Source of the DNA: an uncultured Candidatus Saccharibacteria bacterium
Lineage (GTDB): Bacteria; Patescibacteriota; Saccharimonadia; Saccharimonadales; Saccharimonadaceae
Reading direction: 5' to 3'
Length of the DNA: 64,000 nt
NCBI GenBank assembly: GCA_946638615.1
Contig: CAMPBO010000002.1
Location: forward strand, 5,746 to 69,745
In this document: positions 17,690-25,231 of the stretch, in pieces
Layout of the letters: the number at the start of each line of letters is the position of its first letter
Position numbering within the stretch: position 1 is the stretch's first letter
The notes under the pieces: model-generated
Databases searched by the model: none
Told to the model about the DNA's origin: nothing
What the model saw: the letters and a program-made list of their open reading frames with translations, nothing else
Translations under genes and position numbers: made by a program

Positions 17690-18502
17690 ATGAAAAAAAT
17701 ACAGGAAGTCCCCAAAGGAGTAATAAAAAGTGCAGAAGAATTGGAAAGGCTTGACGATTTGGATTTGCCCCCCAAGACAAAAAATTTAATCGAGCGAAAG
17801 TTTGGCAAGGATCTTGAGAGGATTGTGTATGAGGGGAGAATGGCGACTTTTGACGGCTACGGGAATCATTTACTCATTATAGAAGATCTCGTAAAAGCCT
17901 TGGATGCGGCAGGGTTTATACGCCACGATTTAGATCCGAGGGTATTTTCGATTTATTGTCGTCTTTATGTGGCGGTTTATCGAAAAGGCGCCTCGGGTCG
18001 TGTCCATTATAGGAGAACTGGGTTATGCCCCATGGATGACCGGGGTGTTTTTAATTATCATCTCGGGAATAAACAATACGAGACTTTTCGTAATCTTGGT
18101 ATTGACGATCTTTCGGTGGTTTTAGAGCATTCTCTATACGAGAAAATGACTGAGGTCATCAAACTCCGGTTTGGGTTTGAAGGTGAAGCTTACAGCTTAA
18201 AAGCTACAGCTAAACGTCTCGATATTTCGTTTCATTACATCTACAACCTGGAAAAGAGGGCTTTGAATAAGCTTAAGTATGGTGGCCAATTATTAAAGAT
18301 TGCTGCATTTAAAGAATGTGACTACGGGTTGCCGGAGATCAATAGGCTTGGACTCAGTGCTCGAGCTTATGATCTCCTAGTGTCTTTAGGTGTTAGTAGC
18401 GTTGATGAGATTAAATCGTTGTCTGATGAGTCTCTGCTGGCAGTTAGGGGTCTTGGTCCCAAAACTCTGGCGGAAATTCGGGAGAAAAGTAGTAGCCTCT
18501 AA
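17690..18502 (+). CDS. Sigma-70 region 4-like HTH fused to RNA polymerase alpha-CTD-like domain
   Basis: EVIKLRFG..YSLKATAKRLDIS..NLEKRALNKLK (sigma4) and LGLSARAY..GVSSVDEI..LLAVRGLGPKTLAEIREK (alphaCTD). Confidence 0.75.
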   Translation: MKKIQEVPKGVIKSAEELERLDDLDLPPKTKNLIERKFGKDLERIVYEGRMATFDGYGNHLLIIEDLVKALDAAGFIRHDLDPRVFSIYCRLYVAVYRKGASGRVHYRRTGLCPMDDRGVFNYHLGNKQYETFRNLGIDDLSVVLEHSLYEKMTEVIKLRFGFEGEAYSLKATAKRLDISFHYIYNLEKRALNKLKYGGQLLKIAAFKECDYGLPEINRLGLSARAYDLLVSLGVSSVDEIKSLSDESLLAVRGLGPKTLAEIREKSSSL

Positions 18503-18505
18503 AAT

Positions 18506-18537
18506 AAAAGCCCTTGGTGACCAGCCAGGGGCTTTTT
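18506..18537 (+). terminator. Intrinsic terminator
   Basis: AAAAGCCCTTGG-TGACCAG-CCAGGGGCTTTTT. Confidence 0.7.
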
Positions 18538-18580
18538 ATGTACTTCTAAAAATACAGAATAACGCTTTCGGGATTTTACT

Positions 18581-18664
18581 ACTAAAAAATCGGCGAAAAT
18601 GCCGAGTTATATAAAGCCTGGTGGGGGGGCGAATTGGGCAGGTGTTAACACTATATAGAGAAGA
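18581..18664. repeat. Inter-cassette repeat copy R1 (tRNA-Phe terminator copy + TGGTGG + 17-bp core)
   Basis: ACTAAAAAATCGGCGAAAATGCCGAGTT identical to 21386-21413; core GGGGCGAATTGGGCAGG at 18626-18642. Confidence 0.9.
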
Positions 18665-18689
18665 TAATAGGGTCAAGCTACTCAAGTAT

Positions 18690-18741
18690 AAAAAGAAGCT
18701 CCTGCGGTAGGAGCATACTGCCCCGTGCAGGAACTTCATTA
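18690..18741 (-). ncRNA. Candidate small structured RNA downstream of CdiA-like nuclease
   Basis: 11-bp stem GAAGTTCCTGC/GCAGGAGCTTC, inner hairpin GGGGCA-GTA-TGCTCC, U5 tail; starts about 7 nt after a consensus promoter. Confidence 0.55.
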
Positions 18742-18747
18742 CCCATT

Positions 18748-18776
18748 ATTTTATCAAATTAGTGATTTGATGTCAA
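18748..18776 (-). promoter_or_regulatory. Sigma70 promoter embedded in nuclease gene 3' end
   Basis: TTGACA-17 bp-TAAAAT with extended -10 TG; no downstream ORF. Confidence 0.75.
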
Positions 18777-19146
18777 TGATTTGGCCGCGTTTCGTAATGA
18801 AGATAAGCCCACCGATTTGTTTTTGCTCTCTAGCTTTTTTAATTAAAAATCGTCGAAGATTATCATCTCGCATGTTTTTTATTCTAGATGAATCAAAGAT
18901 GATATTTCTAGATTGTTTTAGCCCACGTTTGATATTACGCTCTAATTTATCTGGTTTGTTAGTGAATGGAGATTTCATTTCATACCCAATACCGTCTAGT
19001 AAAATATCGGCGGTACTTATATTTGATTCTGGTAAGAATTCGATATTGTGGCCAGCCATTGCTAGAATATTAGCAATACGAAGCTCATGTGGCCATGGTT
19101 TGCGACCACCTGGGATTATGATTCTACCTCGCTTTATATTGTCCAT
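18754..19146 (-). CDS. CdiA C-terminal-like PD-(D/E)xK nuclease (putative tRNase)
   Basis: HE..IANILA..G..IEFLP..TADILLDG..YEMKSP..KQSRNIIFD pattern of stand-alone CdiA_C domains. Confidence 0.75.
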   Translation of the reverse strand: MDNIKRGRIIIPGGRKPWPHELRIANILAMAGHNIEFLPESNISTADILLDGIGYEMKSPFTNKPDKLERNIKRGLKQSRNIIFDSSRIKNMRDDNLRRFLIKKAREQKQIGGLIFITKRGQIIDIKSLI

Positions 19147-19192
19147 TCCCTATATTTTATCATAGAGGTCACCTCTTATCAATTCTAATATT

Positions 19193-19231
19193 GGGGCGAA
19201 TTGGGCAGGCATTAACACTGTATAGAGAAGA
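19193..19231. repeat. Inter-cassette repeat copy R2 (core only)
   Basis: GGGGCGAATTGGGCAGG-CA-TTAACACTGTATAGAGAAGA matches R1. Confidence 0.88.
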
Positions 19232-19287
19232 GATAAAAGCAAGAGCGTCTCGTGCTATAATAGATATATAAAATAGGAGGAATAAGG

Positions 19288-19929
19288 TTGAAAAACATAG
19301 TGGATGAAACTTTGGAGTATGTGAAAGAGTTTTTTAAGAATGATTTCAGTGGGCATGATTATTATCATACTTTAAGGGTGTATAATTTATCGAAACATAT
19401 TGCGAGATTTGAAGAGTGTAATGCACAATTAGTTTATTTGAGCGCATTATTGCATGATGTGGATGATTATAAGTTAGTAGGACGTGAAGAGGAGTCATTC
19501 CATAACGCAAAGTCTTTCCTAGAACGTCATGGTGTTTCTGATGAAGAAATAGAACAAGTTTGTCATATCATTTCTCAGGTGTCGTTCAAGGGAGAAGATA
19601 CCATCACTCCAGATACGATAGAAGGAAAAATTGTACAAGATGCAGACAGGCTGGATGCGATTGGGGCAATTGGAATAGGTAGAACATTTGCTTATGGCGG
19701 GAATCATAATGTGCCAATGCATATTCCTGATATGGAGTACAAAGAGAATATGTCTGCCGACGAGTATTATAAACATACAGGTACGACAATAAATCATTTT
19801 TATGAAAAACTCTTGAAACTTAAAGATTTGATGAATACGGAAATTGCTAGAAACATGGCGGAGCATAGACATAGGTTCATGAAAGAATTTTTGAAAGAGT
19901 TTTATGACGAATGGGATGGGGTAGCATAG
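19288..19929 (+). CDS. HD-domain metal-dependent phosphohydrolase (YedJ/YpgQ-like)
   Basis: GHDYYHTLRV, ALLHDVDD, VQDADRLDAIGAIGIGRTF, HFYEKLLKL. Confidence 0.92.
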   Translation: MKNIVDETLEYVKEFFKNDFSGHDYYHTLRVYNLSKHIARFEECNAQLVYLSALLHDVDDYKLVGREEESFHNAKSFLERHGVSDEEIEQVCHIISQVSFKGEDTITPDTIEGKIVQDADRLDAIGAIGIGRTFAYGGNHNVPMHIPDMEYKENMSADEYYKHTGTTINHFYEKLLKLKDLMNTEIARNMAEHRHRFMKEFLKEFYDEWDGVA

Positions 19930-19949
19930 ATTCTAGGATATTAACAGGC

Positions 19950-20028
19950 AAAAAAATCGGCCAAAATGCCGAGTTTCTTATAGTCTGGTGGGGGCGAATT
20001 GGGCAGGTGTCAACATTTTATAGAGGAT
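19950..20028. repeat. Inter-cassette repeat copy R3
   Basis: AAAAAAATCGGCCAAAATGCCGAGTTTCTTATA..TGGTG-GGGGCGAATTGGGCAGG-TGTCAACATTTTATAGAG. Confidence 0.9.
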
Positions 20029-20198
20029 ACGTTAAATCAAGGTTACTGAATTATTGTGAAAAAGAAGCGTTCCCGTCCCAACGGATGCTTCACTTACCTG
20101 CGTGAGCTTTAACAAGAACGGGAAATATGTTATAATTACAGGGGAACATGGGAAAATCATCACTGGAACCTTAACTTATAGTTCAGGAGGTAGATAGT

Positions 20199-21320
20199 AT
20201 GAAAACGGTACACAAAATCGTTCTAACCGGAGGTCCGTGTGCCGGCAAGACTACGGCGCTGAGCTGGATCTCGAACTACTTCGGCAAAGTCGGATGGCGC
20301 ACGTTGGTCGTCAACGAAGCCGCCACGGAGCTGATTACGTCAGGGATTTATCCCACGGACTTCGACGATCCATTATTCTTCCAGACGTTGTTGCTCCAAA
20401 CGCAGATGGCAAAAGAGAAAAATTGCGTTGACGCCGCCTACGAAATGAAAGACGCCGATAAGGTCCTCGTAGTCTGCGATCGCGGGATGCGCGATAACAA
20501 GGCCTACATGACCGACGAAAACTTTCACGAATGCCTTCGCAGGATCGGACTTCCGGCCGTGCAGGCCGTCGATAGCTACGATGCAGTTTTCCATCTCGTT
20601 ACCGCCGCGGACGGAGCCGAGGAGTTTTACACCCTCGCCAATAATACCGCCCGGAGCGAGGGGCTGGAAGAGGCTCGTGCCCTCGACCGCAAGACGCAAA
20701 ATGCATGGGTTGGACATCCCCACCTGCGCATTATCAAGAACGAGGGGAGCTTCGAGGATAAACTAAAGAAACTCCTCGCCGAGATTTCCATCGTGTTGGG
20801 CGAACCTGAGCCGTTCGAAATTGAGCGGAAATACCTAATCGAATATCCCGATTTGGAGCTTCTGCGTGCGATGCCGAACTGCCAAGAAGTCGAAATCCTT
20901 CAGACCTACCTGCGCGGCGGCGATGAGAACGACGAAATTCGCGTGCGCCAGAGAGGCGTGGACGGTAATTACACCTTTACTAAGACGACGAAGCGTTGGA
21001 CTCCCGATCCGGCAAAACGGGTTGAAATCGAAAAGCGTATTTCGCGGGATGAGTATGTCAAAGCCCTGATGGATGCCTACCCGGGCGCCAACTCAATTCG
21101 CAAAACCCGCTTCTGCGTAATGCAACGCGAGACTGGCCAATACCTCGAAATCGACGTCTACCCGACCTCGGATAAGTATGCCATTCTTGAGGTAGAGTTC
21201 GGTTCAACCGACGACAAGCTGGTTGTCCCCGATTTCATCAAGGTCATCAAAGAAGTGACCGGTGACAAGGCGTATTATAACAGCACTATCGCCTTTAATG
21301 GTAACCGCTTGCCTGAATAA
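20199..21320 (+). CDS. P-loop (AAA_28/NadR-type kinase-like) + CYTH domain protein
   Basis: VLTGGPCAGKTT, CDRG, EIERKYL (CYTH ExExK), EIDVY, ILEVE; visibly GC-richer than flanks. Confidence 0.88.
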   Translation: MKTVHKIVLTGGPCAGKTTALSWISNYFGKVGWRTLVVNEAATELITSGIYPTDFDDPLFFQTLLLQTQMAKEKNCVDAAYEMKDADKVLVVCDRGMRDNKAYMTDENFHECLRRIGLPAVQAVDSYDAVFHLVTAADGAEEFYTLANNTARSEGLEEARALDRKTQNAWVGHPHLRIIKNEGSFEDKLKKLLAEISIVLGEPEPFEIERKYLIEYPDLELLRAMPNCQEVEILQTYLRGGDENDEIRVRQRGVDGNYTFTKTTKRWTPDPAKRVEIEKRISRDEYVKALMDAYPGANSIRKTRFCVMQRETGQYLEIDVYPTSDKYAILEVEFGSTDDKLVVPDFIKVIKEVTGDKAYYNSTIAFNGNRLPE

Positions 21321-21332
21321 CTGTAATCCATG

Positions 21333-21361
21333 AAAAACTCGCTCGAAAGAGCGGGTTTTTT
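21333..21361 (+). terminator. Intrinsic terminator
   Basis: AAAAACTCGCTC-GAAA-GAGCGGGTTTTTT. Confidence 0.8.
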
Positions 21362-21385
21362 AATTCTATCTAACAGAAATCTACC

Positions 21386-21420
21386 ACTAAAAAATCGGCG
21401 AAAATGCCGAGTTTCTTATA
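21386..21420 (-). terminator. tRNA-Phe terminator (repeat copy R4)
   Basis: Minus strand TCGGC-ATTTTC-GCCGA-TTTTTT just after the tRNA CCA; copies at 18581 and 19950. Confidence 0.8.
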
Positions 21421-21424
21421 ACCA

Positions 21425-21500
21425 TGGTGGTTCCGGCTGGACTTGAACCAGCGACACAAGGCTCTTCAGGCCTCTGCTCTACCAACTGAGCTACAGAACC
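21425..21500 (-). tRNA. tRNA-Phe(GAA)
   Basis: GAGGC-CTGAAGA-GCCTT anticodon arm, GGTTCAAGTCC, CCA. Confidence 0.96.
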
Positions 21501-21540
21501 ACTTTCTTCATTATAACACAGGTATGATATAATTAAAAGT

Positions 21541-22836
21541 ATGAAAAAATTTAATACGTCCAAAATATCGGGGGCTGAAGAGCTTTTACCAGAAAAACAA
21601 GCTCTTTTTGAACAACTCAAAAGCAAAATTGACGAAACCTACAAGAAGCATGGGTTTTTGAGTGTCGAAACTCCACATTTGGAACGTACTGAAATTCTTT
21701 TGGCTAAAGCTGGTGGTGATACCGAAAAGCAAATTTACAAAGTAGTCAAAACTGCCGAAACCGCCGACGAATCTGATCAAGCTTTACGCTTCGATCACAC
21801 CGTACCGCTTGCTCGCTATGTCGTAGAATACGAAAGCAAACTAACCTTCCCTTTCAAAGTCTCCCAAATTGGAGTTGATTTTCGTGGCGAGCGTGCTCAG
21901 AAAGGTCGTTTTCGCGAATTTTATCAATGCGATGTCGACATAATCGGTCGCAATAATTTACCCATCGCTTATGACGCCGATGTAATTGCGACCTTGCTCG
22001 ATACTTTTAGCACTTTCGATCTTGACACGCCAATTCTTGCGCGTATTAATAACCGTAAAATTCTCACCGGTTTGCTTGAAGCCTTTAATTTAGAAGATAA
22101 ATCAAAAGATATTTACAGCATCATAGATCACTCCGAAAAAGTCTCTCCCGAAAAAACCAAATCCAGTTTTATTGAAATTGGTCTTTCCGAAGAAGACACC
22201 AACATGCTTATTGATTTTATTAATACTAATGGTCAGCGCAGCTTCGTCATCGATAGACTGGCTAAGCTAAACCTAACTAATCAGACTTTTCTAGATGGTC
22301 TAAATGAGCTAAATAAAGTCATGGCATTACTCGAGGCTCAAAATCTACAAGACTATATCACCGCCGACTGCAAAATCGTCCGCGGACTCGACTACTACAC
22401 TGGTACTGTTTTTGAATTCATATTACCCGAGCACAAAAATATCGGCTCCGTTTGTGGTGGCGGTCGTTACGAAAATCTCACAAAACATTTTTCAGATCAG
22501 TCTTTTCCTGGTGTTGGAGGCTCCATTGGCTTAACTCGTCTATTTTATGTCCTAAACGAAAATAACCTTCTTAAAAACCAAGTCGATTCCCTTCTTGAAT
22601 ATGCTATCATTCCAATCACTGAAGCAGAATATGATTATTCGAACATTCTTGCAAGCAATTTACGAGACAAAGGCTTCAAAACCACAGTTGTTTATAGTGA
22701 CAAAAAGCTCGGCGACAAAATCACTTATGCTGCCAAACTCGCCAAAAACGGCATTATCATTGGCGACGAAGAAGTTAAGACTAATAACCTGAAAGTTAAA
22801 AATTTCCTTACTGGCGAAACGACCAACCTAGAATGA
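21541..22836 (+). CDS. hisS: Histidine--tRNA ligase
   Basis: LRFDHTVPLAR, FRGERAQKGRFREFYQCD, VRGLDYYTG, GGGRY. Confidence 0.98.
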   Translation: MKKFNTSKISGAEELLPEKQALFEQLKSKIDETYKKHGFLSVETPHLERTEILLAKAGGDTEKQIYKVVKTAETADESDQALRFDHTVPLARYVVEYESKLTFPFKVSQIGVDFRGERAQKGRFREFYQCDVDIIGRNNLPIAYDADVIATLLDTFSTFDLDTPILARINNRKILTGLLEAFNLEDKSKDIYSIIDHSEKVSPEKTKSSFIEIGLSEEDTNMLIDFINTNGQRSFVIDRLAKLNLTNQTFLDGLNELNKVMALLEAQNLQDYITADCKIVRGLDYYTGTVFEFILPEHKNIGSVCGGGRYENLTKHFSDQSFPGVGGSIGLTRLFYVLNENNLLKNQVDSLLEYAIIPITEAEYDYSNILASNLRDKGFKTTVVYSDKKLGDKITYAAKLAKNGIIIGDEEVKTNNLKVKNFLTGETTNLE

Positions 22837-23384
22837 GAGATCCCAAGCTTTCACAACATTTTCTAAAGTCTCCCCGATTGGCTCTTATTTTGATTGGTCA
22901 TTCTAATCTCAAAAAACGCGATACGGTCATCGAAATCGGAGCTGGCTCTGGCGTAATCACCAGCGCGCTTAGTCATCGCGTCAAAGAAGTTATCGCTATC
23001 GAACCAGACCATGTCACTGCCCAGAAATTGAAAGAAAACCTCACAAAACGCAATATTGATAACGTTCGCATCATCGAACAAGATTTTTTGGATTATGAAT
23101 TACCCAGCACGCCATATAAAGTTTTTAGCAACCCACCTTTTCATATTAGTTCCAAAATCATCCATAAACTCATTGAGTCCAAAAATCCTCCTGAATCTTT
23201 TTATCTTATTCTTCAAAAACAATTCGCGCTTAAACTTTTAAACACCGATCGCCACTACACTTCCCAACTTGGTTTGCAACTAATCCAAAAATATCAAACT
23301 AAAATCCGTCTACCTTTAAAACCCACCGATTTTACTCCACCGCCTGGCGTACCAACCGTATTCTTTGAAGCCAAGAAAATCTAG
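22833..23384 (+). CDS. rRNA adenine N6-methyltransferase family (Erm/KsgA-like, short)
   Basis: SQHFL, EIGAGSG, FSNPPFHI, DFTPPP; lacks the C-terminal domain. Confidence 0.85.
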   Translation: MRDPKLSQHFLKSPRLALILIGHSNLKKRDTVIEIGAGSGVITSALSHRVKEVIAIEPDHVTAQKLKENLTKRNIDNVRIIEQDFLDYELPSTPYKVFSNPPFHISSKIIHKLIESKNPPESFYLILQKQFALKLLNTDRHYTSQLGLQLIQKYQTKIRLPLKPTDFTPPPGVPTVFFEAKKI

Positions 23385-23398
23385 TCGCTCTTGTGTAG

Positions 23399-25171
23399 TT
23401 ATTCTTCCTCCAAAAAAGCACCGCTTTGTCTGGACCATAATTTTTTATACTCCCCATCATTTCGGAGTAATTCCTGGTGACTTCCCTCTTCTACTATTTT
23501 GCCATCATTTAGAACTACAATCTTATCGAGTCCTGCAATTGTCGATAATCTATGCGCAACCACAATCGAAGTCCTACCTTTCATCAAGTTAGTCAAAGCT
23601 CCTTGAATCAAAGCTTCAGACTCAGAATCTAACGCCGAAGTCGCTTCATCAAGTACCAAAATCGGCGCATCTTTTAAGATTGCTCGTGCAATCGCAATTC
23701 TTTGACGCTGACCACCAGATAATTTTATGCCTCGTTCACCTACCAACGTATCGTAACCTTCTGGCATTTTGCTAATAAACTCATCTGCATTTGCAAGTTT
23801 TGCGGCTCTCACAACTTCCTCACGAGTCGCACCGATTTTACCATAGGCGATATTTTCATAAATCGAACGATGAAAAAGCGAAGATTCCTGCGGTACATAA
23901 GCAATCATTTCTCTCAAACTTTTTTGAGTTACGTCTTTTATGTCTTGGCCATCGATATAAATAGCGCCCTTCGCTACGTCATCAAAACGCAGTAATAATT
24001 TCGTCAAAGTAGATTTACCCGATCCACTCATTCCAACCAAACCTACACTTTGACCAGCTGGTATAGTTAAAGTGAAATCCTCAAAAAGTTTTTCTTTCTG
24101 ATCTTTATGATTAAATGTAATGTGTTCAATATCAATTTCAGCCTTTGTAATTTTTAAAGGCTTGTCCGTTTTATCGTCAATAATATATGGTGTATCAAGA
24201 ATTTTCACCATCTCTTTTGCATTACCAAAAGAATGATTGACTCTTCTTAAAATATGATTAATTGTCCATAAATTAGACAAAAGTCCATTTGATAATGAAT
24301 ACAAAAACACTATATTTGCGATCGTTAGTCCAAATAAATTGTGCCCAGTCACAATTAGCACTAAAAGCCCTACAAACGTTGCCGTATTTACTACATTCAT
24401 TGCTAAGTTTCGCCACAATGACACTTTTGCTACATTAAAAGTCGCTTCCCGAGTTCGTTTAGTCGCATGGCCAAATCTCATCTCTTCCATTTTTTCTCGC
24501 GCATAAGATTTCACTGATATCTCATTGGTAATTGCATCAGCAAGTTGTCCCGTCTGTTTGTTTTCTGCATCAGCCAATTCTTCATCAACATGCCGCGTCT
24601 TATAATAAGTCGTAATCGAAACCGTAATATAAATAGCAACATACAAAATCAAAATTATCGCAAACGGAAAACAAATCGCCCCTGCAACTATAATCGAATA
24701 AATCATTGTAAGTAAAAGTGGATAAATATCCCATATAAAATTTGATTTTAGTTCAATAAAAGCATTCGGCAATTTATTTGCTGCACTTGTCAGAGATCCC
24801 GAGAAACGGTCTCCATGAAAAGTCATCGACTGGTTAATAACTGCATTAAACGCAAGTTTTGACAAATATTCTCCACATTTTGCGTCAAGCGACCAGTCTA
24901 GCCAGTCGATAATTCTAATCACCGCTAAATTATTAACCGCTGCAGGAATAATTGTAAGCATCAATATGCCAACGTAATTTTTAACTTCAAAATCCCCACT
25001 AGATAATTTTCCGATAATTTCCGAAGTTCCAAAAGGCACAATTACATTAGAAATAAAAATCCATATTGGCACAATTAAAATTACCAAAATTGTACGTATT
25101 TTATATTGCATCAAAGCTTTCCAAAAATAATGCAAAACTCTACTAATATTCCCAGTTTTATTTTTCTTCAT
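23399..25171 (-). CDS. ABC transporter ATP-binding/permease protein (exporter)
   Basis: N-terminal TMD, GMSGSGKST, LSGGQRQR, DEATSALD. Confidence 0.96.
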   Translation of the reverse strand: MKKNKTGNISRVLHYFWKALMQYKIRTILVILIVPIWIFISNVIVPFGTSEIIGKLSSGDFEVKNYVGILMLTIIPAAVNNLAVIRIIDWLDWSLDAKCGEYLSKLAFNAVINQSMTFHGDRFSGSLTSAANKLPNAFIELKSNFIWDIYPLLLTMIYSIIVAGAICFPFAIILILYVAIYITVSITTYYKTRHVDEELADAENKQTGQLADAITNEISVKSYAREKMEEMRFGHATKRTREATFNVAKVSLWRNLAMNVVNTATFVGLLVLIVTGHNLFGLTIANIVFLYSLSNGLLSNLWTINHILRRVNHSFGNAKEMVKILDTPYIIDDKTDKPLKITKAEIDIEHITFNHKDQKEKLFEDFTLTIPAGQSVGLVGMSGSGKSTLTKLLLRFDDVAKGAIYIDGQDIKDVTQKSLREMIAYVPQESSLFHRSIYENIAYGKIGATREEVVRAAKLANADEFISKMPEGYDTLVGERGIKLSGGQRQRIAIARAILKDAPILVLDEATSALDSESEALIQGALTNLMKGRTSIVVAHRLSTIAGLDKIVVLNDGKIVEEGSHQELLRNDGEYKKLWSRQSGAFLEEE

Positions 25172-25231
25172 ATTCTTTTCATTATAACACTAATTATTAG
25201 GAAACCCTCTTTTTAGTGGTATAATAAAAAT

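Noticed and set aside
18643-18665. TTAACACTATATAGAG as a dif/pdif (XerCD) site
   Set aside because: Only partial similarity to the XerD arm, no XerC arm, and the copies are direct rather than alternating inverted.
18581-21430. Repeats as a CRISPR array or classical integron attC sites
   Set aside because: Spacing is 0.55-1.4 kb with whole genes between copies; no cas or intI gene, and no RYYYAAC...GTTRRRY palindromic attC structure is visible.
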